A stretch of 62,026 nucleotides of DNA, filler included, from Catajapyx aquilonaris (Eukaryota), in assembly GCA_000934665.2 (NCBI GenBank). It is 2 parts of 2 records of this genome, joined end to end, with 100 filler letters (N's around TTAATTAATTAA, not from the genome) between each part and the next. Parts side by side here need not be neighbours in the genome. Positions count along the whole stretch, not along the records: positions 1 to 30,916 come from JYFJ02004608.1; positions 31,017 to 62,026 come from JYFJ02004609.1. One strand, 5' to 3'. The position numbers and the translations under genes are program-made. This document shows positions 1 to 37,790 of this stretch, one piece after another. Under the pieces are notes generated by a model, which worked only from the letters and a program-made list of their open reading frames with translations, searched no databases and was not told the origin of the DNA. Positions within the stretch are counted from its first letter, which is position 1, and each line of letters begins with the position of its first letter.

Positions 1-97
1 CTTATATGAGTCAACAACCGATTTTCCACGATTTTTCGCCTCAAAACCGGGGTGCGTCTTATACGCGTGTGCGTCTTATATGCGAGTAAATACGGTA
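1..97. mobile_element. 3' end of pogo/Tigger-like MITE
   Basis: Repeated gcgtcttata motif and a terminus ..gagtaaatacgg-TA typical of Tigger-type MITEs. Confidence 0.5.
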
Positions 98-799
98 GAT
101 AACAAGTGACTCTTTAATCAGAGAAATTTAGTTTTTCTTTTGGAAAGCAAAAAAATGTCATCAATAGTCAAAGTGGCATGCCAAAGCCACAAGTTCTAAT
201 TTTTTAATGCACTCAAGGGCATCCCGATGAGAAGGTGGTTTATCATCCTAACCAGGTTTTATAGTGTATTCATCTTCTGAAGATTTACTTTGTGTATCCT
301 GCAACACCTGCTTCAGCATCTCATCTGCATTACCACCATATTCATCCTCCCTTGTCAGGATACTGTTGTCATACAGTTGACAATGTCACTTGAAGACATG
401 AAGGCATGCTTCACAAATGATGTATGCAGAGGTCAGCATGGCTCAGGCTTTTAGGGGAAAAAATGGGAATACATGACTGTAGAGTTAATGTGAAAATTGT
501 ACTGCACGTGTCCAACTTAAGAGGGGAAAAAGTGTCCAACTTCCAAAATAGACAGGTGTCCAACTTAGCAGCATTGCAAGGGATGCGATTTTCCAACCGT
601 TCCAAAATAATGTCCAACATAGGGAGGTGGCCAACTTGACATATTTTACTGTACTACTGCGATAGGATCAGTGTGAGTGGGTACATATGTGAAGCCAAGT
701 TCACCCCGTCTGACATGCGGGAAACGAGTTCTGCTATGAATTTTTAAATGTGTTTTAAAGGAACGGCATACATAAGATGTAATAAATATTAACACCACT

Positions 800-985
800 T
801 TCCCACGGTCCTTCCAGGGAAATTCCGGAGTTGCTTCCGTAATTAAAAGGCCACAGCCGCTTCCTTCCGTCCCTATCCTATCCCAAAGAGCACAGTAAAA
901 TGAAAGCAAAGAGTTCCAGGCAAAACAAACTTCCCCCCTAAAGAGCCGATGGCTGATAACGGGGTATGAATTATAATAATAATAA
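800..985 (+). mobile_element. 5'-truncated SINE (family B core and shared tail)
   Basis: ggccacagccgcttcctt core, cccccctaaa tail and (AAT)n; flanking duplication atattaacaccact. Confidence 0.65.
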
Positions 986-1613
986 TTAATATTAACACCA
1001 CTGGAAAGGTCACCTTCATCTCCTAAAAATGGTCAAGACACTTGCTTCACAATTTCTTGATTGGCAAAATAAAGTTTGCACATTATGAAAATTGGGTGGT
1101 TTCATGGGGTGGTCTTTAACATTTATTTCCTTGCTCACCTATGTCGGCACAGGTGACTTATTTTGGTCTGCAGCATGCTAAGTGCTGAAGTAATGTCATG
1201 ACGTCATTGGAAGCCCCATTTTTATGACACGTTACCGTAAATATTCATTAATGATATTTTTGGAATTGTGGCCAAGCTCATCTGGGCCGCCAAGATCACC
1301 CCATTTGACGGTATTTTTCAGAGCACCCACAAAGATGAATGTTGTGAAATAGGCCACTTTGAAAGCCAATAAGGTAAAGTGTATTGTCCATTACTTTTTT
1401 TCTCTCACTTGCTAATTACTGAGGAAGTAGCATCCCTTTAAACTGCACTTAATAAAAATCTGTCCGCACTTGTCCCGCTTTTCCGTATATATTATAGCAG
1501 AACTCTTTGACACATGTTGTTGGGTGAAGGCATCTCCATAGAAACTTAAAAATGGGAAGTTCCAGAAGTTCATTCTAAGATGTGTGTTGACCTGAGATAT
1601 TATAACTTCTTAG

Positions 1614-27751
<26,138 letters not shown>

Positions 27752-29360
27752 AGAAATAATCCACATAAAAGACCTAAAAAATATTTTTTTACAAGTTTTA
27801 GATTATCTGAGACCCCAAATGCATGACAAGCCCGCACATGCCAACTGTACATTCTACACCGATAACATGCAATGATATCCACAGCTCACTTCTCCCCAGC
27901 TCCATACTGGGTGCCAATGCAGTGACTTCAGGGGACAGCGAGGTGGTCAAAGGCACTGGCAATGGAACTCTTGTTGCAAAATATCTACAAATTATGACAA
28001 ACCATGACTTCCCATTCTTGAAACCTAGCTGGGTACACATACATCCCATTCCCAACTCTCCCTGGCAACTACACACCAAGTGGTATACCCTGGAGAAAAT
28101 CTCAGTGTCAGTGAAAGTGAATGTGAAAGTGCAAGGGCCATATGGGTCCTTAACCCATTGATCCTGCGAACCTCAAGAGTTTTTGTGTCAAACTCTGTCA
28201 GTTAACAGGGTTTATACATTCCTCCAGAATTTGATAACACATACCCGGAAGTAAGTCAGTATCAGTATGATTTCGAGTTACCCTTGATGCCATCGAATAT
28301 TGCAGGAATGAAAGTTTGTTATGCATGGGATATAATAATGAAGATCAACTCAACAAGCAATGTGGTTGGTTTCATACACACTTGGGCATCTGATTAGACA
28401 ATTTTTTTGTGTTGAGTCAAGTTATCATTTACGAGAATCAGAGCAGTGTCACCAGAATATCAATTTGGAAGACCATCAGATGGTTTATGGTCGGCAATTA
28501 CACATTAGTTTAAAGCTTTAAACCATCATTAGTTGTAGTTGATGAATATTTCATAGCTGCTATGATCAGGACAAGTTCAAATGTGACGTATTGTAGTATG
28601 TTGAATACTTGTGTACAGTACTGTCTCTTGTCCCTGTGTATAGGGGAAGGTGCCCATATTTCGACTATGCACCCAATTTTGACTATCTTGCTGTCTCAGC
28701 TGTGATGTGTTGCAACATGCCGGCGAGAGTGGGAAACTGTCACAACGACGAAATTGCTGAACTGGCACTGCTGGTGGGAACATCCATGCATTGTACGACC
28801 TTTGACACCTGTTTATTTTAAAACGCATGGTGGACTGCAGCACATTACAGTATTGACAATCATTTCCCAGCAATTAAGCCATGTTATTCAATCACTTATT
28901 TCACCCTGTAACATTACTTAACACTGTTTATTTGCATGATACAAAATAGCGACATCATGCTGCGACTTGTCGATGTGAACTGGCAGCTAAAATGACTGAT
29001 GAATGTGAAAGCGTACGGATGTGTGTGACCCCCAATCAAGGGGGGGGCAATAGGGAGAAGCCAGGATTGGCTGAGGGAGATGGAGATGGGAATCCCTGTA
29101 GGTGTTGCCATATTTATTTGTCTGTTCACCTACCGGTACAGTAGAGTGCAGCACTGTACAGTACACTCTATATATACATATCTACAGACCCTACCACAAT
29201 GCACCATGAAAAACAAAAGAAGCACCTACACTGTAGTGCAGCTGTTCTCAATATTTTTACCCTTGTGGAACCCTTGAAATAATATTCATGTCACAGGGAA
29301 CCCCTACATAAAAATTATTGTATTATCGGCCTATCAATGAATGATTCAAAAATACATTTA

Positions 29361-30256
29361 CGAGGGCAGTACCAAAATGATTTACAATTAATTTTTTTGC
29401 CAAAAATATGCCCATGCAGGTCGGAAAATAGGCACACACTATCGACAGAACCCTCCCAGAGCCGAATGCACTGGCACCACAGGTGTGGCAACCTCTCCAG
29501 GCCCCCCAGGAACCACTTTTTGGAGGTGCGATGCACCCACAACTGGATAACTGCTCAGTCAGCAGCTATCAACAATGTCCTCAAAATGGCGTCGCTGAAG
29601 AGATTTTTTCATGAATCTTGCTTTGAGTGTTTCCACACCCACCGTACTCCCCTGGCTTGGCCTCCAGTGACTTTGTTTGTTTGTTTGTAATACCCCTTGA
29701 TAGGGCCAGGGGCCCTCATAGGGGGGGGGGGGCAGAGGTCCCCAAGGGAGGGCACTCTTAAGTATTCATTTGTGACCATCTTCAATACCAGACCTTTTCT
29801 CTTGGCCCTGGGCAGAGATGGGAGTGCAATTCTGCGTGGACATGTCGGGTGAAAAGTGGAAAAAGACCTGACCAAGCGAAGGTGACGGCCTGATGCGGAC
29901 AGGATTTGAACCCCGGACCTCCCGCTTGGCTGGTCAGTAGAATAGCTACTTGACCACCATGCCTCCCGCCTCCTGTGACTGTCATCTGTTCGAATATATT
30001 TAAAAAGGCCCTTCGCCGATGCCATTTTGAGGACATTGTTGACTGTGAAGAGTTTGTTATTGCCCGGGAGTTGGTGCACAGCATCACCAAAAAGTGGTTC
30101 CTGGAGGGCCTGGAGAGATTGACACACCTGTGGTGCCAGTGCATTCGGCTCCAGGAGGATTCTATCTGTAATGTGTGCCTACTTGCCGACCTGCATGGGC
30201 GCTGTGTCTGTGGCACAAAAAAAAACAAATTGTAAATCATTTTGGTACTGCCCTCG
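29361..30256. mobile_element. Palindromic mariner-derived MITE (same family as 20833)
   Basis: TA TSD; TIR cgagggcagtaccaaaatgatttacaa; arms encode ..KWFLEGLERLTHLWCQCI. Confidence 0.8.
29672..29972 (-). mobile_element. tRNA-derived SINE
   Basis: Minus strand TGGTGGTCAAG..GGGTTCAAATCC; (AAAC)n tail; duplicated cctcc(a/t)gtgact. Confidence 0.75.
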
Positions 30257-30916
30257 TACATATGATTAGCCTATTCATCACTATTTGTCGTGGAACCCTT
30301 GGTGATTGCTCGCGGAACCCCAGTTGAGAAAAGCTGCTGTAGTCTGTTTTTACTCACAAGTGTTGCAGTGATGTGTTTATATTTGTATTGTTTTATTTTC
30401 AAATTTTTCCGATTATTAAGAATTTTCAAAGATAATTTTGAAACCAGCATTAATGTGAATCTGAATAGAATGAAGTGGCATAAAATGGGTACTTCTTGTA
30501 AAAAATTACTGGAATAAATATACTATGTATTGTATCTACTTCCAAGTACAGTGTGTTAAAAAATAGTAAATGCATCTTTATTAGAATATTATTTTGTCAT
30601 CACCCAAATTGGCATATGCTGCATTATTGAGGGAAGGATGTATTTGGTATCTCCCCCATAGTATGTTTCTTTTAAAATCATAGGTTCCCTCTCATAGAGT
30701 ATGTCAGGGCTATACAAGACAGCAGCAGGGACAGCAATAAAGCAGTGGGTCCATGACTTTAGTGGGCCTTGGGCGAGTGCCATGAATCAACAAATTCTGT
30801 ATACACAGGACAGACATATATACAGGGTGATTACAAATGAATAGTATAATTACAAATGCATATAGCTCCGTACCTATCAACCGTACATGAACGTGTTATA
30901 CACCAACTGAAAGAGG

Positions 30917-31016
30917 NNNNNNNNNNNNNNNNNNNNNNNNNNNNNNNNNNNNNNNNNNNNTTAATTAATTAANNNNNNNNNNNNNNNNNNNNNNNNNNNN
31001 NNNNNNNNNNNNNNNN
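30917..31016. other. Artificial contig linker
   Basis: 44 N + TTAATTAATTAA (stops in all six frames) + 44 N. Confidence 0.97.
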
Positions 31017-31221
31017 CAAAACTTTATGACCGACCCTAGTAGATGAATAGAACTGTGTAGTATAAAATATATAATATTTAATGGCACATGGCTTTTGAAT
31101 ATCTGTATAACCCATAAGCATCACTCGCACTTGAATAAATAGCTCCTGGTCCAATTTGACATGGCTAATGTGAAAATGTTAATACAGAGGGTACCTAGAG
31201 AAGCATATAACGAGCAACACA

Positions 31222-31500
31222 TCCCCCAACTTTGATGGTGATTATCTCAGTAACTATTGAAGCACATACGAAACTTCATGAAGCACAATGAAGCACAAAC
31301 GAAGCACAATCGATTGGCACAGGCAAATAGTGAATTTTCAATTTCGGGGGGGGCAGCATGTCACCAGCCCCCCCTAACTTTGAACGTGATTATCTCAGTA
31401 ACTATTGAAGCACATACGAAACGTTATGAAGCACAATGAAGCACAAACGAAGCACAATCGATTGACATAGTCAAATAGTGCATTTTCAATTTTGGGGGAG
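31222..31500. repeat. Two tandem copies of a ~150-nt unit
   Basis: gtgattatctcagtaactattgaagcacatacgaaac..gaagcacaatgaagcacaaacgaagcacaatcgattg repeated. Confidence 0.85.
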
Positions 31501-31587
31501 CTGGTGACATGGACCTACATTTCCTGCGACCTCAACGGTGAAGATGTAGTATATTCCCAGTGTGTGTGTGTGCTATATTTTTTCTAT

Positions 31588-31627
31588 CTCCCCTGATGAG
31601 ACCTCAAAGGTCGAAACGCGTCGGGAG
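31588..31627 (+). ncRNA. Minimal type I hammerhead ribozyme (Penelope-like-element type)
   Basis: CUCCC-CUGAUGA-GACCU caa AGGUC-GAAA-CGCG-UC^GGGAG: intact core, 5-bp stems I and II, palindromic ACGCGU stem III. Confidence 0.85.
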
Positions 31628-31849
31628 TAAAAAAATGACGCCAAACATAATAAATACCACTATGCTCAGATAGTTACTTAATCAGGATACCGAGTAGCCC
31701 CCCTTGCTTCTTACCGTAACCAGACCACGTATAATTTACCCAAGTACTCATCTTGATGAGGTGTGTAGGCAGTAGCTTCCCGGTGAGGTATGTGACCGTA
31801 GGGGTTTTCAGTCGACTGCCTCACACCTCATCATGATACCCCCTTTTTA

Positions 31850-32385
31850 CATCATGCGAATGAGAATCACTGCAAGTAATTTTGAAGAGTGCTGCAACGT
31901 GAAGAGTGACGCAGCAGCCAGGGCTCTGTCTGCAAGACTCCTTAACCCTAAGGTAATACGACGTGACGTCCTTCATCATGGTATTTTGTATGAGTCAGTG
32001 GCTGTTGACCAATTATTATTCATGCAGCAATTTCAAGGGCTACAGGTGGCAGAAGAATGTGGCCTCTACATATCAAAAACCAGGCCTTATTTGGGAGCAT
32101 CACCAGACCGGAAGCTTGCAATGCTAACACTGCTTGAGGTGAAATGTCCTTACGTTTCGAGAGAGAGGCCCATAAACTCTGCAACTGTCCCATATATGTA
32201 TACTGATCACAATGGACATCTAGCACTGAAGCCTGACCACACCTACATGTACCAGATACAGGGAGGGAATTTTGCGACCTTATTGTGCTCACTTTTGTAG
32301 ACATGAAAGTCATATCTATAAGAAAAGATGCTGATTTTATCAGGGCAATGTTCACGAAGCTGGATCATTTTTATAGAGTACATTA
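31850..32385 (+). pseudogene. YqaJ/lambda-exonuclease-like nuclease fragment (transposon type)
   Basis: RITASNF..HGILYE..CGLYIS..YLGASPD..LEVKCPY..YMYQIQG; frameshifted C-terminal part. Confidence 0.88.
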
Positions 32386-32800
32386 CCTTCTCTTTGGCAG
32401 GGACATGAATTTGCCCCTGGCGGCGAGCCTAGAACATGAGGGACCTAAATACCGTGACTATGAAAATTACCAGCAAGATTTAGCGGAAAAGATGCCCAAG
32501 ATTTTCGAAAGGACGAAAGCACATTTGGAGGCAGGGCAGGCAAACAACAAGAAGTACTATGATAGGAAAGCCAAAGATCGTGGTTTCAAAGAAGGGGACG
32601 TCACGATGCTTTTAGTTCCTCAGCTAAAAACGGGCAAGGTCAAGAAACTGAGTCGTTTGCGGCAAGGTCCTTTCAGGATAGTCAAGCAGTTGTCACCGGT
32701 AGTGTTTGAAATCAAACCACTCATAGGTAGTAAAGTCAAACAGGTAGTTAACGTGAATCGACTGAAAAAGGACACTGAAAGATAGGTTTTCCCACAGCCG
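32386..32800 (+). pseudogene. Gypsy/Ty3 integrase C-terminal (GPF/Y) fragment
   Basis: LLFGRD..KKYYDRK..FKEGD..GPFRIVK..VVNVNRLK. Confidence 0.88.
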
Positions 32801-33242
32801 GTATGGGATGTAACAGCAGAAGATGATCCAACGGAGGTAATGACCCCTCAGCAGGTTACGCAAAAGCCGCCCAAAGTTGAAAAGGCAAAGCCCGAGAGTA
32901 GACATTCCGAGAAGCAACCGGAATTTTACTGTGACGATGAGGAAGATGATTACAGTGACGTGGGTATCACCGTGAGAGGTCACACCGGGGCACCAGCCTT
33001 TGGCACTGGCGGACTCAGCAATTTGGTTCCAGGAACCCCCTCACCTCAGTCGAGTCCCGAAAAGGACGTTTCACCCGCCGAGTCATTCGAACATGTGATA
33101 CAAAGACGTGGTCGGATCCGGTCAGAACCGAGGACCGGAGAAGAAGGTCCGGTGCTTTTAGTAGTAAAGTTTATATTGAACACACCCTATACCTTCACGA
33201 ACTCCCACCTTCCAACAGTGTCCAAGTAAATGTGGCCCTGCG

Positions 33243-33425
33243 GTGGTATGTCGTCGATACTTCCTGGAAGCCCTGGGACTGCCACACAGTCGCAGGCGCA
33301 TCCATACCATTGCCAAGGGACTTTTGGAAGGGCACAGCCCAAGCGAACGTCGTGGAGGAGATCGTGTCTCTTCAAAATCAGCATTGAAGAGAGCGAGCGT
33401 TTGTAAGTTCATTGGAGCACTCCGG
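33243..33425 (+). pseudogene. DNA-transposase N-terminal fragment (Sola-like)
   Basis: VCRRYFLEALG..ERRGGDR..VCKFI. Confidence 0.45.
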
Positions 33426-33435
33426 TCATGAAAGC

Positions 33436-33603
33436 GATTGGTGGGCGATTAAGTGTGTGAGAGCCAGGCGTCAAACTCATACCTTCGAGTTGGTCCAGAG
33501 AAATATTTCCGTTTACGCAGCTGTGAGTCACCTTAATATTGTGCAAATAATCGGATGCAGCTATAATAATGATATGGTCTACATAGTAATGGAACTTGTG
33601 GAT
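33436..33603 (+). pseudogene. Protein kinase fragment (subdomains II-V)
   Basis: WAIKCV..SHLNIVQIIG..VYIVMELVD. Confidence 0.75.
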
Positions 33604-33790
33604 GTTAAGGTCCCGGGTTCGATCCCAGCCCGGGGTTCCCCCTTCATCTCGTGCAGTTGGGTCGTCTCGGGTGGAATATCCGCTAGACATATCCACCCGG
33701 GGGAGTTCACAAACTACTGTATGTACCATATTAGAAACTTTGCACTGCACATCCCCTTATGTCATCCTGCCCGTGGGCCCAGGCGATTCA
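33600..33790 (+). mobile_element. SINE family A internal fragment
   Basis: ggatgttaaggtcccgggttcgatcccagcccgggg, same family as the TTC21B intronic copies. Confidence 0.85.
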
Positions 33791-33849
33791 AATTAATTGG
33801 CACCAAAAATGTAACAACGATCAATGTGTCATGTGGGACATGCTGTAAA

Positions 33850-34095
33850 TCTTTTCCATGGAAGCACTATCACTGTTCTCCAAGTTAGTACAGGAAAATA
33901 CGGCCCAGACATTGTACACATTGAGAATTTTTAAATCCCATATTGCTCGTTGGTGGAAGGTCGTCAATAGCAAGAACCCTTTAAAAGGACAGAAACTGAG
34001 GGATCCATCACACGAGCCAATTAGAAGTGCTGATGATGAAAACCTGCATTTCCTTGAAGAATTTGCAGGATGGGTGGGGGGATGGAAAGAGTTGC
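33850..34095 (+). pseudogene. P-element-family transposase fragment
   Basis: IARWWKVVNSKNPLKG..RD..EPIRS.DDENLHFLEEFAGW. Confidence 0.6.
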
Positions 34096-35619
34096 CTACC
34101 CAACGTTCCGTAGCTGGACCTCTTCCAGCCCACCTACCAGTCAGTGGTGACACCATCCCCAGTGACAATCCAGGTGGCTGGACACTCCATCCCGCACGGC
34201 TCGGTCATCATTTGTCCGAAGGTCTTCAGCGGTGGTATGGAAATAATGCGTATAAACAACAACTGGATCTCTGATTGTAAGTGTCTGCCTCCGGACTCCA
34301 CCATGGTGATACGGCCCTGGGGTCAGGCCATTTTTGATAAGATGATTCGTGCAGGGGGAAGTGGGGGGGGGGGGGGNGGGCAAAATATGGAGCAGTAAAA
34401 CATTCAGAGGGACCCAAATTAAAATAATATTCTCCACTTACAGCAATGTCCCATGCAGTGTCAGCTGCGGCTTGCAGATGTGATACTTTTTGTGGCCATT
34501 CTTTATGTGACTTATCATTACTCAAACCTTCTTCCATTGGAATTGCAGGCTCCACCTGAGCAGCAGCCGCAGCGCCAGCCTGAGCGGCAGCCACATTGGC
34601 TGTGGCAGCCAGAGAGGCCGTGGCAGCAGCCTCCACCAGGGCAGGGGCCAGTGAGTAAACAGTGAATTATCACAACCTAGGTTGCTCCAAGTGATCGTTT
34701 ATGTAAAGTCTACAACCATGGGTGTGTTTTGGTTCTATCATGTCACTAAAACTCATCATCATCTGAGCAAAAGGTTCAAACGCTACGCGAGTAGGAATCC
34801 ATTTGGGAGCCTACTCGGACGGCATAACGCCCTTACTGATTTAACTTGAAATCAGGAAATGCCGTAAAGGAAATAATATTGGCCAAGTTGTACTCGTGTT
34901 ATTGGAAACATATTCATTGTTTTAGGATGTCCTACTTGTCCTGTATTTCATCCGAATTGTGTCAATGTCACAGTGCCTGTGACGAGGTGGCCATGGGCCA
35001 TCGGATGTGCCCCCCCCCCCCNCCCAATTAGATATTTCGTCCCTCCATCCCGTTCCCATTAGTATTGGGCATTGCAGTGCGCCCCTCCTCCCTTCAACCC
35101 CTTTCTTTTGTGGGAGTGCACATACGAGTTGTTGTGTAACATGTGTTTGGTTGGAGCAGGCAGAACGGCATCAGATCTCGAGCAGAGAGGTCGTGGACAC
35201 TGAGGAAGCGGCGGCACCTTGGAAGCTACGCCTCTCCTTTGAAGAGGTAGCATTCCAGCGGCACCTGGCCTGTTAGTGCGGTGTCGCATGACCGGCGGTT
35301 GGCAGCTGGAGAGGACCAGGAGTAGCTGTTATCGCTTACGGCCAACCAAGGCAAGGAAGAGAGAAAGGTCTAATAAATTGGCATTATCAGAATGCAGCGT
35401 GGCATGGACACAAGAAAGTGGTGGAAACCCAGTCAAGCCATACAACAATCTCATAATAAAGACAGTTTTATCTTGTGAAATGCATTTGTGGGAGTCTCTC
35501 CCGCACCTTGCGGCCAGCCTGCAATTCTTTGTGGCGGTCGCGTGGAAACTACGTGTATGTCCCCATCATCATGCACTTCTGACAGTTGTGCCTGTTGCTC
35601 ATCCAGGCATGCTGCTCTA

Positions 35620-36060
35620 TGAAAAGCATCGTAAGGGACAGAGTGAGTAGGCCCTATATTAGGGAGAGGATGCGAACATTAGGCAGAATACTGAAAACAT
35701 TAAAGGGTAATGGGTGTCCTCATAGTTCCTTAAGCGCACTCCTTCGGCCGGAATCATTCGATCTCATCGTCCAGTGCGTGAGGCGTCTATGCAAATGGAA
35801 TGACCAGCCTGATGGGAAGAGAGACTCTGGTATTCCTTCTTTGGCCCTCGAAGTTGGCATACACCTGAAGAAATCGTGCCAACATCACGAGGGGTAATGC
35901 GCTTAAAAATCAAGACCCAGCAGCTCAAAGAAGCGCCGAAGGCTATATTCACATCCATGAACTCGAGTGGACGGCAAGGATATTCACAAGCACTTTCTTG
36001 CATGAATCAAAAGAAACAACCCAATCATTCTTCCTAACACGGATGATCTCATGAAAATAA
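35620..36060 (+). pseudogene. Fragment of an animal tyrosine-recombinase-element ORF (Crypton-like, region N-terminal to the YR domain)
   Basis: IRERMRTLGRIL..LLRPESFDLIVQCV..PSLALEVGIHLKK, then frameshifted EW..PIILPNTDDL. Confidence 0.5.
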
Positions 36061-36129
36061 ACGCTCACCTGCAACCCTGATTACAACCCAGGCATAGTGC
36101 AGCAAAAAATAAATAAATAATAAATAAAT

Positions 36130-36294
36130 AAAAAATCCCGCATGGGCCAGGCCCTCCGCCTTAAGAAATGGTACCGACCATGCTTTGAATGTTCGTCTGC
36201 GGGTCTTCTCATTCTTCAACGAGTCGAATGTAATCCACTTTCGATGTGTCTTTGTTGGGCAGTTTGACAACATTGGTGAAGGGGTTGTACTCAT
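36130..36294 (-). pseudogene. IAP N-terminus with truncated BIR domain
   Basis: FDSLKNEKTRRRTFKAWSVPFLKAEGLAHAGFF, cut off by an A-rich retroposon tail. Confidence 0.8.
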
Positions 36295-36727
36295 CCCCCT
36301 GGAGTACCGACTATGTGCAAAGCACCATGTGTACAGCATTTTATAGAAAAGAACCGTGTAATATTGTCAATGTAATGTTGTCGATGAAGCTAATATTAGT
36401 TGAACTAATATACTATGCGAGCCATTTGGTACGATGTAGCGTGCAGGAGTTATAGACAATGACGCAGGCTAATAGACGGAAAAGAAACCCATCTAGACTG
36501 GTCAAGGTCTCTTGGAACGAGAATATCCCGAGCCGAGCCCTTCCCACGTCACTTGGCATAAAAAAAACTTCCCGGCCTTCACCCTTATCACGTCACTTTA
36601 AAAGAAAAAAACTTGGAAATTCCCGAACCGCGCCCTTCCCACGTAACGTGATCATGATATAGCTCCACAGCCTACGCATCATACTGCTGCTTCATAACAC
36701 CACACTCGGCAATTGTTTGTGTGCGCG

Positions 36728-37280
36728 ATGGGACGAACAAAAAGCACAACAGCCAATGAAGACGACAAACAAGAACAAGGTGCAACAGACAAAGGAGAGG
36801 AAGAGAACAGATAAAAATACCACCGACAAGAAGCATCGATACAGGTGAGTGAATATTACTTACATTCAAACGACCATAAACCACTATTCTGTGTGTTTCA
36901 AGAGCTGGCACCGATGCACTCAGGGAAATCCGTCGATACCAAAAATCGACGGAACTTCTGATCCGGAAACTGTCATTCAAGCGGCTTGTCCGCGAAATAA
37001 TCCAGGACATGTCCAACGCGAACCTCCGGATCCAATGCGCTGCGCTTGGAGCCCTGCAGGTATGACGAGCAACCTCGTACCTTAGCTTTGAGACTAATCA
37101 GTGTGGGTGTGTGTGTGGATGTGCTTCCAGAAAGCGGCCGCGTACTATTTGACTGGGCTGTTCGAAGACACAAACTTGAGGTGCATTCATGGTAAGCGCA
37201 CAACAATCAAGCCCAAGGACATTTCCTTGGCCCTGCGCATCCGCGGTAATTTATCTCCCATTAATCTGTATCAGTATTAA
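36728..37280 (+). pseudogene. Divergent H3.3-derived histone, copy A (3 exons: 36728-36844, 36903-37059, 37131-37280)
   Basis: MGRTK(+1 frameshift)[107 protein letters not shown] introns. Confidence 0.9.
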
Positions 37281-37329
37281 AAAGTTTTTATAACCAAATT
37301 ACTCCCAGTAAGCGAACAGCTTGACACTG

Positions 37330-37513
37330 CACTGCACAAACAGGTTGAAGCTAACAGGAAAATCCTTGGTCCAATAGTCAACACAATTGTATTTTGTGGG
37401 ACGCATGACCTGGCTATGAAGGGAAACTCAGTGACTCCGGCGTTTTCAGCGACCTGCTTGCATTCAGAGCTGAAAGTGGTGACTCTGACCTGCAAAACCA
37501 CTTACAGTCTGGG
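37330..37513 (+). pseudogene. hAT (DUF4371, ZMYM/PRKRIR-like) transposase fragment
   Basis: QVEANRKILGPIVNTIVFCG..LAMKG..SGVFSDLLAFRAESGDSDLQNHL. Confidence 0.8.
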
Positions 37514-37580
37514 ATTTATACTGTTTTTTCTCCCACAGACAGAAAGAAGATCCTGAATGAGAATGTGGAATTCAAGAAAA

Positions 37581-37790
37581 CATGTCCAGTAGCGAAACGT
37601 CTACGAGCATGCGAATACCCAGCCTACGAGATATACAAGGGGGATTGGCATGTAGTGGTAAAGAAGGGGGGGACAGATAACCTCCCTTTCATCCACATTC
37701 GTCAGTTTCCTGGGAAAAATTTGAAGCTCGCGGGGTATCAGGGGTGGGGTTTTTTATATATAAAATGCTCCCGACCATGTTAGAGGCCTT
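37581..37790 (+). pseudogene. PC4/Sub1-like gene fragment, copy 1
   Basis: YPAYEIYKGDWHVVVKKGGTDNLPFIHIRQF, then a frameshifted GGVF..KMLP; resembles PC4 IDIREY..KGISL. Confidence 0.5.

Larger units (their letters stand above)
29239..30336. mobile_element. hAT (Charlie-like) MITE containing a nested mariner MITE and SINE
   Basis: CAGCTGTTCTCAA..TTGAGAAAAGCTG termini; 8-bp TSD ctgtagt(g/c). Confidence 0.75.

Noticed and set aside
30917..31016. TTAATTAATTAA palindrome as a biological site, and physical linkage of TTC21B to the patchwork
   Set aside because: It is a symmetric N44-12-N44 artificial linker; the flanking transposon ends appear to belong to different elements.
32285..32785. ORF-track fusion proteins (YqaJ-integrase; 42996-43490 PC4-polB; 57453-57788 PC4-H3) as real novel genes
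   Set aside because: Chance in-frame junctions between truncated, decayed fragments, with no proper starts.
36728..37280. Functional canonical histone cluster or the host CenH3 gene
   Set aside because: Frameshifts and truncations, introns, no H4/H2A/H2B neighbours and no histone 3' stem-loop seen; CenH3 hallmarks are only partial.
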